Shown here piece by piece: positions 19,971 to 28,661 of a DNA stretch of 64,000 nucleotides. The DNA lies in assembly GCA_964524025.1 (NCBI GenBank), contig CAZGBT010000002.1, positions 11,210-75,209 on the forward strand. Direction: 5' to 3'. This DNA comes from an uncultured archaeon. GTDB lineage: Archaea; Aenigmatarchaeota; Aenigmatarchaeia; CG10238-14; EX4484-224. Position 1 is the first letter of the stretch. Each line of letters opens with the position of its first letter. Under the pieces are notes generated by a model, which saw only the letters and a program-made list of their open reading frames with translations, did no database searches and was not told the origin of the DNA. A program made the position numbers and the translations under genes.

Positions 19971-22058
19971 ATGCAAAAAATTGAAAAAATAAGAAAACGT
20001 GATGGCAGAATAGTTCCTTTCGATAAGAGAAAAATTGTAACGGCTGTTTTAAAGGCAATGAAAGCTGTTGGAGAAGGTAATAAAAAGGCTGCTGAAGCTA
20101 TTGCGGACGAAGTTGTGAATTCATTAAAAAAATCTGACAAAATTATCCCAACCGTAGAAGAGGTTCAAGACTTAGTAGAAGTAGCTCTTATGAAAAAAGG
20201 TTTCTACAAAGTTGCGAAAGCTTACATTCTTTACAGAGCCCTTCATGCTCAAATTAGGGAATTAGTAGATGGGTATTTGTACAAGAAGACATGGCTTGTG
20301 AAAGAAAACGCAAATATGACTTTCTCCTTACAAGGATTAAATACTCATATATTCTCACAAGTTGTGCGAGAGTACTGGCTTCACAGGATCTACTTAAAAC
20401 GGAACCCTAAAATAGCAAAAGCCCACATAAATGGTGATTTCCACATACACAATCTTCAGATCCTCGGTCCATATTGTGTTGGCTGGGATCTATGTGATTT
20501 GCTATTAACTGGATTTACTGGAGTAAGAGGAAAAATTACATCTAAGCCGGCAAAACATTTTAGGGTTGCCTTATTGCAAGCTGTCAACTTTCTCTATACT
20601 TTGCAAGGAGAGGCCGCTGGTGCACAAGCTTTCTCGAATTTCGATACTCTTCTTGCTCCTTTCATAAGATACGATAAGTTAAGCTATAAGGAGGTAAAGC
20701 AAGCTTTACAGGAATTTATGTTCAACATGAATATTCCTACGAGAGTTGGGTTTCAGACACCCTTCACAAACATAACACTAGATTTAAAGGTACCAAGTTT
20801 CATGAAAAACGAACCTGTGATTATTGGAGGCAAAATTATGAATGAAGCGTACGGAGATTTCCAAGAAGAGATGAACATTTTTAACAAAGCACTAGCCGAA
20901 GTTATGCTTGAGGGAGATGGTATAGGAAGGGTGTTTACCTTTCCAATTCCTACTATTAATATAACGAGAGATTTTGATTGGGAAAGTGAAGTTACAAAAA
21001 AGGTTTTTGAAACCTCGGCAAAATATGGAATTCCATATTTCGCCAATTTCGTTAATTCTGATATGAAACCTGAAGATGTAAGAAGTATGTGTTGCAGGCT
21101 TAGAATTGATAAAAGAGAGCTAAAGAAAAGAGGTGGAGGACTTTTTGGAGCAAATCCTCTAACAGGATCCATAGGTGTAGTTACTATTAATATGCCAAGG
21201 ATAGGTTACTTATCGAAAGATGAAGATGATTTTTTCGAAAGGTTAAGCAAACTCATGGAGTTGGCGAAAGAATCTTTGGAAATTAAGAGAAGAGTACTGG
21301 AAGAATTTACTGAAAAAGGTCTCTACCCTTACTCAAAGTTCTATTTGAGAAATGTAAAGCAAGCTTTCGGTGAGTATTGGAAAAATCATTTCAGTACTAT
21401 TGGTTTAATTGGAATGAATGAGGCTTGCTTAAACTTTTTGGGTTGCAGCATAGGTGAAAAAGAAGGGCATAAGTTTGCAATAAAAGTTTTGGATTTCATG
21501 CGTAGTAAACTGATTGAATTCCAAGAAGAAACAGGGAACATGTACAATCTAGAAGCTACTCCTGCAGAAGGAGCAAGTCATAGACTTGCAAGAATAGATA
21601 AAAGCAAATATCCTGATATAATAGTAGCAAACGAAAAAGATGTAAGAGAAAGAAAAGCCGCTCCTTACTACACAAATTCCACTTGGCTTCCAGTCTACTA
21701 TACAGACGACCTGTGGGAATTGTTAAGACACCAAGAACCTCTTCAAACGAGATATACCGGCGGAACCGTTGTGCATATTTGGTTGGGAGAAAGAGTAACA
21801 GCAGAAGGAGTAATGGCTTTGGTAAGAAAAATATTTGAAAACTTTAGATTGCCCTATATTAGCATCACTCCAACTTTCAGCATTTGCCCTGCTCATGGTT
21901 ACATAGCTGGAGAGTGCCAAAAGTGCCCAGTTTGTGGAAAGAAAACTGAAGTTTACTCAAGGGTTGTCGGTTATTTGAGACCTATAGACCAATGGAATCC
22001 TGGGAAGCAAGCAGAGTTTAAGCAAAGAAGAATGTTTGATAGAGTATTTACAAGTTAA
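19971..22058 (+). CDS. nrdD: Anaerobic ribonucleoside-triphosphate reductase (class III), with N-terminal ATP-cone
   Basis: ATP-cone start (KIRKRDGRIVPFDKRKI). C-terminal Zn site CPAHGYIAGECQKCPVCG and glycyl-radical motif RVVGYL. Confidence 0.9.
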   Translation: MQKIEKIRKRDGRIVPFDKRKIVTAVLKAMKAVGEGNKKAAEAIADEVVNSLKKSDKIIPTVEEVQDLVEVALMKKGFYKVAKAYILYRALHAQIRELVDGYLYKKTWLVKENANMTFSLQGLNTHIFSQVVREYWLHRIYLKRNPKIAKAHINGDFHIHNLQILGPYCVGWDLCDLLLTGFTGVRGKITSKPAKHFRVALLQAVNFLYTLQGEAAGAQAFSNFDTLLAPFIRYDKLSYKEVKQALQEFMFNMNIPTRVGFQTPFTNITLDLKVPSFMKNEPVIIGGKIMNEAYGDFQEEMNIFNKALAEVMLEGDGIGRVFTFPIPTINITRDFDWESEVTKKVFETSAKYGIPYFANFVNSDMKPEDVRSMCCRLRIDKRELKKRGGGLFGANPLTGSIGVVTINMPRIGYLSKDEDDFFERLSKLMELAKESLEIKRRVLEEFTEKGLYPYSKFYLRNVKQAFGEYWKNHFSTIGLIGMNEACLNFLGCSIGEKEGHKFAIKVLDFMRSKLIEFQEETGNMYNLEATPAEGASHRLARIDKSKYPDIIVANEKDVRERKAAPYYTNSTWLPVYYTDDLWELLRHQEPLQTRYTGGTVVHIWLGERVTAEGVMALVRKIFENFRLPYISITPTFSICPAHGYIAGECQKCPVCGKKTEVYSRVVGYLRPIDQWNPGKQAEFKQRRMFDRVFTS

Positions 22059-22766
22059 ATGAAGATTGGTGGATTTCAAAAATTAAGCTTAATAGAATAT
22101 CCAGGTAAAATTTCTTGCATAGTATTCACCATTGGCTGTAATTTTAGGTGCCCTTACTGTTATGTGCCCCAGCTTGTTCTTCCAGAGAAGGTAAAAGAAT
22201 TAAGAGAAATACCGGTAGATAAAATCTTTTCTTTTCTCCAAAAGAACAAAGGCTTGAACGAAGCAGTTGTTATAACTGGTGGGGAGCCTACACTTCAACA
22301 AAACCTTCCGGAATTCATAAAAAAAGTTAAAGCTATGGGCTATTCGGTTGCCCTCGAAACAAACGGAACAAATTTTGAAATGCTGAAAGATTTGATAGAG
22401 AAGAAGCTAGTAGATTACGTAGAACTAGACATTAAAAATAGATTGGATGATTTCGAAAAATATAACTTAACTGTTGGTGGTGTTTTGACCGAAGAAATGT
22501 TTGAAAACGTTAAAAAATCTGTTAAATTTTTGTTAAAAGGAAAAGTAGCTTACGAATTTAGAACAACAGTAGTAAAAGAATTCCATACGATGCAAGACAT
22601 AATCGAAATTGCTAAAGCTATCAGTGGTGCTGAAATATACTATTTACAGAATTTTAAAACTAACGTAGAAGTAGTTGGGGGTAGGAAGTTTACTCCTATG
22701 GATGAAGAAGTATTAAGAAGAATCGTTAAGAGGATAAGCAAGTTTGTAAGAGTTGTGAGAAGGTAA
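22059..22766 (+). CDS. nrdG: Anaerobic RNR activating enzyme (radical SAM)
   Basis: CNFRCPYCY (CxxxCxxC) immediately after nrdD stop. Confidence 0.85.
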   Translation: MKIGGFQKLSLIEYPGKISCIVFTIGCNFRCPYCYVPQLVLPEKVKELREIPVDKIFSFLQKNKGLNEAVVITGGEPTLQQNLPEFIKKVKAMGYSVALETNGTNFEMLKDLIEKKLVDYVELDIKNRLDDFEKYNLTVGGVLTEEMFENVKKSVKFLLKGKVAYEFRTTVVKEFHTMQDIIEIAKAISGAEIYYLQNFKTNVEVVGGRKFTPMDEEVLRRIVKRISKFVRVVRR

Positions 22767-22788
22767 TTTGTATATTTAACCAAACCCA

Positions 22789-22929
22789 CGCCGGGGGTGG
22801 GATTTGAACCCACACGGGCTTAACGCCCACCGGCTTTCTCTGAATCAAGAGCGTTCATCACTTTTCTGATACCTCTGGGTTCTTCATCGCTCGAGGCCGG
22901 CCCGTTGAACCTGGTTCCGGCACCCCGGC
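22789..22929 (-). tRNA. tRNA-Ser (anticodon CGA), class II with long variable arm, 54-nt intron (about 22836-22889) at canonical 37/38 position; no encoded CCA
   Basis: Manual fold: acceptor GCCGGGG/CCCCGGC, discriminator G; D-stem CCG/CGG; anticodon stem CCGGC/GCCGG with loop C-U-CGA-G|intron|A; variable arm GGGC-GTTAA-GCCC; T-arm GTGGG-TTCAAAT-CCCAC. Confidence 0.8.
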
Positions 22930-23606
22930 TTCTCAATTATATCAAATCTTTTGATTTTAATAAACCCAGAATTAGTTTTGCTATCCCAAATTTTTTCTAT
23001 TTCCCTTAAAACTATTCTTCCACTAAAAATAGGGCAATCAAGTACGAGAGTTTCGTACTCGCCTCCTTCTCCAGCTATATCTACACCAAATTTTTTTGAA
23101 AGATAAAGCAACTCATTGATCGTATTCCAATCTAATTTCCTACCGAGCCACTCTTTATTAAAACCGTCTGAAGCGACACCTGTTACGATAATTTCAAAAC
23201 CTTCTTCTATCTGCTTTAAAAGGGTTTCATATCTGTCTTTTTTCCATAATGGAGTTATTAGTTTTAAATCGTACTCATCACAAACAGTCTTAATCCTTTT
23301 CTTTTGAAAATTACTTGCTATTACACCACAAATTATCGCATCTACTTTATCTTTTACTTTTCTTATCAATCTTTCTAAATCTTTTCTTTCTTCTTCCCCT
23401 AACCTTCTCCCTTTTAGCCTAACTTGTTTAATACCCATTAGCTTTGCCTGTATTTTTGTTAATTCTATGCAAGGATGATGAAAGTACCAAGATCCTTCTC
23501 TCGGGAAAACTGTCAAAAGGAATTTAATATTCAAACCTCTTTTTAAAGCTAAATAAACTGCATAGGTCGAATCCTTACCCCCACTAAATAAAGCTGCTAC
23601 ATCCAT
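22884..23606 (-). CDS. PP-loop ATP pyrophosphatase, diphthine-ammonia ligase (Dph6)/MJ0570-like
   Basis: N-terminal AALFSGGKDS PP-loop. The 3' end (last ~15 codons) overlaps the co-directional tRNA-Ser gene. Confidence 0.7.
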   Translation of the reverse strand: MDVAALFSGGKDSTYAVYLALKRGLNIKFLLTVFPREGSWYFHHPCIELTKIQAKLMGIKQVRLKGRRLGEEERKDLERLIRKVKDKVDAIICGVIASNFQKKRIKTVCDEYDLKLITPLWKKDRYETLLKQIEEGFEIIVTGVASDGFNKEWLGRKLDWNTINELLYLSKKFGVDIAGEGGEYETLVLDCPIFSGRIVLREIEKIWDSKTNSGFIKIKRFDIIEKPGCRNQVQRAGLER

Positions 23607-23615
23607 ATCTATTTT

Positions 23616-24029
23616 ATGAAAGTCTATCAGGAAATAGTTAAGATAAAAACTAAGAGAATTTACGATAGAATTAAATTAACAGAAAAACTCCAAGAAATAG
23701 TAAGAAGGTCAAAAATAAAAAACGGTATGCTTTTTGCAAATGCTTTGCATAATACTGCTTGCATTTTAATCCAAGAAGACGATGAAACCATTTTTAAAGA
23801 TTTAGAAAAAGTCCTAGAAAGAATAGCCCCGCTTAAAGAAAAATATGAGCATGATTATGAAGGTAACGAAAATGCTACGGCCCACCAAAAATCGATGATA
23901 CTTAAAACATTTTTTACAGTTCCTGTAATTGATGGAAAACTGATTAAGGGAACTTGGCAGGACTTTTGGTTTTTAGAGTTGTTTGAAGCAAGAGAGAGGA
24001 AAATAGTAGTAACCGTAATAGGAGAATAG
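23616..24029 (+). CDS. YjbQ/UPF0047 family protein
   Basis: VPVIDGKLIKGTWQDFWFLE matches the conserved GxxxLGTWQ core. 137 aa. Confidence 0.7.
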   Translation: MKVYQEIVKIKTKRIYDRIKLTEKLQEIVRRSKIKNGMLFANALHNTACILIQEDDETIFKDLEKVLERIAPLKEKYEHDYEGNENATAHQKSMILKTFFTVPVIDGKLIKGTWQDFWFLELFEARERKIVVTVIGE

Positions 24030-24057
24030 GATTTTAAAGAAAACGATAATCATTAAT

Positions 24058-25587
24058 TTGATGGAAATAATAAGAGAAGGTCTATTAGAGCCAAGAGATT
24101 ATCAGCTAAAAATAGCAAAAGTAGCTTCACACTTTAATACCCTAGTAGTACTCCCCACTGGTTTAGGAAAAACTATAATAGCAATTCTGGTTGCCGCAAA
24201 TAGGCTAAAAAAATATCCGGGCAGTAAAATTTTGATGCTAGCCCCAACAAGACCTCTTTGTGTGCAGCATAAAAAGAGTTTTGAAAAATTTACAACCATA
24301 AAAAGTTATCAAATAGTTGCGGTAACTGGAAAGTTTGATATTTATAAGCGGAAGAGACTTTACAACAGAGGAAAAATAGTAACCGCAACCCCTCAATGCA
24401 TTTTAAACGATATCAGAAGAGGCTATTTCGATCTTTCTAATGTTTCACTTCTAGTTATAGACGAAGCTCACAGAGCTGTAGGAAATTATGCTTATGTTGA
24501 TATAGCAAAAATCTACGTAAAATCTTCAAAGTTCCCATTAATATTAGGTTTAACGGCTTCTCCAGGAGGAAGGTTGGAACGTATAGAAGAAGTAAGAAAA
24601 AATTTGTTCATCGAAAAGGTTGAAATCAGAAGTGAAAGCGATAGAGACGTTAGACCTTATGTTAAAAGGATTAAAAAAGAATGGATCTACGTAGAATTAC
24701 CTAAAGAAATGCAAGTTATTAGGAACATTTTGGAAGATTGTCTTGGTGAATGTTTAGAATGGCTAAAAGAGCATGGTTTTATTACATCAAAAAAGATAAC
24801 AAAAAAACTTCTGCTCATTTTGCAAAAGGAAATTTCTGAAAAGATTAGCGAGGGTAAAACAATATTATATTCGGCTGCCAAAAAAGTTGCTGAAGCATTA
24901 AAGTATGTCTACGCTTTAGAACTTCTAGAAACGCAAGGCATCTCACCACTTTACGAATTTTTAAAAGAACTTAATAGAAGCAACAAAAAAAGTGATAGAA
25001 GCATAACAAAAGACCCTAGGATTATTTTTGCTTTAAGAAAAGTTGAAAAACTCATAGAAAAAGGAATTGAGCATCCGAAGATGGATAAATTAATTCAAAT
25101 AGTAAAAGAGTTGGTATTAAAAGATCCAAAAATAAAAATTATAGTCTTTGCTAATTATAGAGCTACGGTTGATAGAATTAACAGAAAGTTGATTGAAAAC
25201 GGGCTTAAATCGAATGTTCTGATTGGACAAGCTTCTAAGAAAACTAAAGGATTGAGCCAAAGAGAACAAGTAGAAATATTAAGAAGATTTGCTAGAAGAG
25301 AGTTTAATGTGCTTGTTGCAACTAGCATAGGAGAAGAGGGTTTAGATATAGTTGATACAGACGTTGCAATTTTTTACGAAGCTGTTCCTTCTGAAATTAG
25401 GATGATCCAAAGAAGAGGTAGAGTTGGTAGACAAAAGGCAGGCAAATTAATAATACTACTTACCAAAGGGACTATGGACGAAGCATTTTACTGGGCTGCA
25501 TTTCATAAGTTAAGAAAGATGAGAAGTATACTCTATGAAATGAAGGAAAGAAGTAAAGGTTTTAGTTTATTAGATTGGACAGGATGA
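24058..25587 (+). CDS. hef: Hef-like SF2 helicase (helicase portion only)
   Basis: Walker A PTGLGKT; DEAH-like VIDEAHRAVGNYAY; motif VI QRRGRVGR. Ends with TGA embedded in the ATGA start of the nuclease gene. Confidence 0.8.
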   Translation: MMEIIREGLLEPRDYQLKIAKVASHFNTLVVLPTGLGKTIIAILVAANRLKKYPGSKILMLAPTRPLCVQHKKSFEKFTTIKSYQIVAVTGKFDIYKRKRLYNRGKIVTATPQCILNDIRRGYFDLSNVSLLVIDEAHRAVGNYAYVDIAKIYVKSSKFPLILGLTASPGGRLERIEEVRKNLFIEKVEIRSESDRDVRPYVKRIKKEWIYVELPKEMQVIRNILEDCLGECLEWLKEHGFITSKKITKKLLLILQKEISEKISEGKTILYSAAKKVAEALKYVYALELLETQGISPLYEFLKELNRSNKKSDRSITKDPRIIFALRKVEKLIEKGIEHPKMDKLIQIVKELVLKDPKIKIIVFANYRATVDRINRKLIENGLKSNVLIGQASKKTKGLSQREQVEILRRFARREFNVLVATSIGEEGLDIVDTDVAIFYEAVPSEIRMIQRRGRVGRQKAGKLIILLTKGTMDEAFYWAAFHKLRKMRSILYEMKERSKGFSLLDWTG

Positions 25588-26240
25588 TTGAAAGACAAAA
25601 AGTTTTAGAAAAGGGTGCAATAATTGTTGACTATAGAGAAAAAGAAATTACAGACATATTAAAAAAACTAGGAGCCAGAATTATTGAAACAAACCTTAAA
25701 ATTGGAGATTTTATTTGTTGTAACGGCTTTCTTTGCATAGAAAGAAAAAGCTATAACGATTTTGTTTCTTCGATTATAGACGGTAGGCTTTTTAAACAGG
25801 TCTTAAAGATGAAAAGAGCATTTCCAAAGGTCTTGTTGCTAGTAGAAATCGGTAAAACTAAGAGGAATTTTAATGAAAATGCATTTTACGCTGCACTCGC
25901 AACTTTGTACCTTCAATTCGAAATTCCAATAATATATAGCAAAAGCAAGGAAGAAACTGCAAAGCTAATTTTATGGTTAAATAAAAAATATAAAAGCAAA
26001 GGAAACTTTTCAAGCTTTAGCTTTATAAAGAAACCTAAAAATCTAGATGAAATAAAGGAAAAGATACTGGCTTCTTTCCCTTCCATAAATTTAAAACTTG
26101 CTAAGAGGTTACTAAAGAAGTTTGGAAGTCTAGAAAAAGTTTTTCAAGCTAGAACGTTTCAGTTAGAAAAGGTTAAAGGAATAGGAGAAAAAACTTCTAA
26201 GCTTTTCAAGAAAATACTAACAGAGAAATACAGAGGATGA
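25575..26240 (+). CDS. XPF/ERCC4-type nuclease with C-terminal HhH2 (Hef nuclease portion as a separate gene)
   Basis: GDFICCNGFLCIERKSYNDF (ERK motif) plus HhH region (KVKGIGEKTSKLF). The track start at 25575 is a TTG; the first ATG is 25584, overlapping the helicase stop in ATGA. Confidence 0.8.
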   Translation: MDRMIERQKVLEKGAIIVDYREKEITDILKKLGARIIETNLKIGDFICCNGFLCIERKSYNDFVSSIIDGRLFKQVLKMKRAFPKVLLLVEIGKTKRNFNENAFYAALATLYLQFEIPIIYSKSKEETAKLILWLNKKYKSKGNFSSFSFIKKPKNLDEIKEKILASFPSINLKLAKRLLKKFGSLEKVFQARTFQLEKVKGIGEKTSKLFKKILTEKYRG

Positions 26241-27136
26241 AAAATTTAATAGTCGGTATCGACATAGGTACAACAACTGGAATAGCAATTTTGGATACAA
26301 AAGGAAACTTACTTGAGCTTTTTAGTAAAAAGCATTTAAGACTAAACGATCTGATAAATTCCGTAACGAAATTTGGAAAGCCTCTTATAATAGCAACTGA
26401 CGTCAATCCTCCTCCTAAGAAAATTAAAAGAATAGCTGAAAAAGTAGGTGGCAAATTATTTGTTCCAAAACATTCTCTTAGCATAAAAGAAAAGCAAAAA
26501 CTTATATCAAAACTTAAATTAAGCATTTCTAGCAAACATGAAGAAGATGCGCTAGCTTCTGCTTTAAAGGCGTATAATTATTATTCAAAGCTATTCAAAA
26601 GGGTGGAGGAAAGACTAAGAGACAAAAATTTAGATAACTATTATGAATCTGTTATAGAAAGAATCGTAAGAAAAGGTGGCAACATAAAGCAGGCTATCGA
26701 ATTTCTCTTAAAACCTAAGAAAAGGAAAAAAGAAGTTAGAGCAAAATTTGCACAAAAACCGAAAAGAAGAAAGAAAGTTAGGAAAATAAAGAAAGTAGTC
26801 GAAGTTGATCTTAAAATTTTAAAAGAAAAGATTAGGAGATTAGAAAGCTATATCGAACTAATTAAGAAAATAGAAAAATTAAAAAGAAAAGGATATGCCT
26901 TAGTTATAAATTTAGATAAGCTTTCTACCACTCAACTCCTGGAAATAGAAAAATACATTGGTTTTAGGAATTTAGTTGTTTTCTCCAATGACCTTAATAA
27001 AATTCTTTTAGTCAAAAGGTTTAAACCGTTATGTATATTAAGCGAATTTATTTATGAGTTTAGGAAAGATGTTAGGATCGAAGAGATGGAAGGAGAAAAA
27101 GTTGTTAAAAGAAAAGAAATTAAAACAAGCTGTTAA
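26237..27136 (+). CDS. RNase-H-like fold (YqgF/RuvC-like) protein, DUF460-type, with Lys-rich coiled-coil C-terminus
   Basis: N-terminus LIVGIDIGTTTGIAILD resembles the resolvase/YqgF GIDxG motif. ATGA overlap with the XPF gene. Confidence 0.5.
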   Translation: MKNLIVGIDIGTTTGIAILDTKGNLLELFSKKHLRLNDLINSVTKFGKPLIIATDVNPPPKKIKRIAEKVGGKLFVPKHSLSIKEKQKLISKLKLSISSKHEEDALASALKAYNYYSKLFKRVEERLRDKNLDNYYESVIERIVRKGGNIKQAIEFLLKPKKRKKEVRAKFAQKPKRRKKVRKIKKVVEVDLKILKEKIRRLESYIELIKKIEKLKRKGYALVINLDKLSTTQLLEIEKYIGFRNLVVFSNDLNKILLVKRFKPLCILSEFIYEFRKDVRIEEMEGEKVVKRKEIKTSC

Positions 27137-27626
27137 GTTTATAGTTTTGTTAAATTTATTAAGTTTGCCAATTCACCTTATAACTTTTTTTAAGTTAAGA
27201 TGGGTATCTCTTCAAATTGTAGAAGCTAATTTGATTAAATTTCTCCTTTCACCATTAACGAAAGTAAAAACTGAAGGGCCCTTTCTTTTTCTTGAAAATG
27301 AATTTGTAGCTAAAATTTCTTGGGATTCTACTGGTTGGAAATCCTTTTTATTTTTCATAGCATTAATACTAGCAACTCCAGTTAATTTTAAGAGAAAATT
27401 TTTTCCAATTTTGGTTGGCCTGCCAGCCATATTTTTTATAAATTTGGCAAGAATTCTTACAACAATCCTTATAGCGTTAAAATTTGGGATAAGCTATTTT
27501 GAAATAGTACATTCATATCTGTGGAGGTGGTGTACAATTTTTGTAACTATCTTCTTATGGTTTTTATGGCTACAGCAAGAATTTAATATTAGATGGAAGT
27601 TAATTTGGAAGAGAAATTTAAGATAA
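27054..27626 (+). CDS. Polytopic membrane protein, possibly exosortase/archaeosortase-domain-like with Ser in place of the catalytic Cys (speculative)
   Basis: Hydrophobic helices. ISWDSTGWKS segment reminiscent of the x-CSG-x-RS exosortase motif; later NLARIL Arg. True start uncertain (overlaps upstream gene). Confidence 0.3.
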   Translation: MSLGKMLGSKRWKEKKLLKEKKLKQAVKFIVLLNLLSLPIHLITFFKLRWVSLQIVEANLIKFLLSPLTKVKTEGPFLFLENEFVAKISWDSTGWKSFLFFIALILATPVNFKRKFFPILVGLPAIFFINLARILTTILIALKFGISYFEIVHSYLWRWCTIFVTIFLWFLWLQQEFNIRWKLIWKRNLR

Positions 27627-28630
27627 GCTTGCTTAATTTAGAGAAAAAAATTCTTGATTTAGAAGGGTTGGTTGGGGATATTTTAAAAAAGATCGAAAAA
27701 AGTAAACCAGAAGATTTTAGTGAAAGAATCGAGGAAATAGAAGATTTGGTTGCCGTAAATCAACTTGCTATTGTAGAACTTAAAGAAAAAATAGAGAAAT
27801 TAAAAAAAGAAGAACCAACTTTTTTAGAAAAGAGAATTAAAAAGCTCGAAGAAAGTTTGGAAAATTTAGAAAATAGATTCAACAATTTTTCTTCTCTCCT
27901 AAAAGAGGAAATTAAAGAGATTGAAACAAAAAAGCCATATGATTTTCAATTTCTTTCATCAAGGATAAGTGAGATTAAAGAAAGATTAACTGAACTTTCA
28001 AAATCGATTGCAAAATTGGAATTTAAAGTGGGGGAAATAGAAGAAGAGTTCAACTCTTTTAAGCAAAAATTTAAGTCAAACGTTTTTTTAGAAATTACAT
28101 CTCAAATTACAAAAATCAAATCAAGGGTTTCAAGTTTAGAAGGAAAGGTGGAAACGCTTGGCAATGTTTTAAGCGATTTAGCAAAAGACTTTTCTAAAGT
28201 AGAAAAGGTTTACTCAAAAATAGAAACGTTTGACTTACTTGCCAGTGACAAGCTAAAAAAAGAATTACAAAAAATTAAATCAATCGAAGAAATTATTTCG
28301 AAGCTAAAGGAACAATTTAAAGAAACTTACGAAAGGATTAAAGAAAAAACAGCAGAACTAAAAGGCTTAGATGATAAAGTTAGTCTTTTAAAAGAAAGCA
28401 TAGAAGAAAAGATCAAAAACATGAGAACCTTAGTTGAAGACTTAGAAAAGAGGTTTGAGCAAGTAAACAAAAGAATAGACGAGCTTGAAAGAATGGAAAG
28501 ATTAGAAAAAATAGAAGAGAAAATAAGTAATCTAGAAAAACTTAAAGAAAGAGTTGAAAAACTATCGGAAAGATTTGCAATATTAGAAGAATTTTTGAGA
28601 AAAAAGAAAAAACCTATAGTCCTAGAATAA
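27593..28630 (+). CDS. Long coiled-coil protein (K/E-rich)
   Basis: Heptad-like repeats throughout; no enzymatic motif. Confidence 0.5.
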   Translation: MEVNLEEKFKISLLNLEKKILDLEGLVGDILKKIEKSKPEDFSERIEEIEDLVAVNQLAIVELKEKIEKLKKEEPTFLEKRIKKLEESLENLENRFNNFSSLLKEEIKEIETKKPYDFQFLSSRISEIKERLTELSKSIAKLEFKVGEIEEEFNSFKQKFKSNVFLEITSQITKIKSRVSSLEGKVETLGNVLSDLAKDFSKVEKVYSKIETFDLLASDKLKKELQKIKSIEEIISKLKEQFKETYERIKEKTAELKGLDDKVSLLKESIEEKIKNMRTLVEDLEKRFEQVNKRIDELERMERLEKIEEKISNLEKLKERVEKLSERFAILEEFLRKKKKPIVLE

Positions 28631-28661
28631 TTTTTTAAATTGAGTAATCCTTTTAGCAATT

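Noticed and set aside
22836-22889. C/D-box sRNA embedded in the tRNA-Ser intron (as in some archaeal tRNA-Trp introns)
   Set aside because: Only one convincing C-box-like GUGAUGA; no canonical CUGA D/D' boxes (only UCAGA); insufficient support.
25575-25587. Frameshift or pseudogene interpretation of the helicase/nuclease junction
   Set aside because: The junction is a clean TGA/ATG (ATGA) overlap with an in-frame Met start for the nuclease; this favours two coupled genes over a broken single gene, though read-level verification is still advised.
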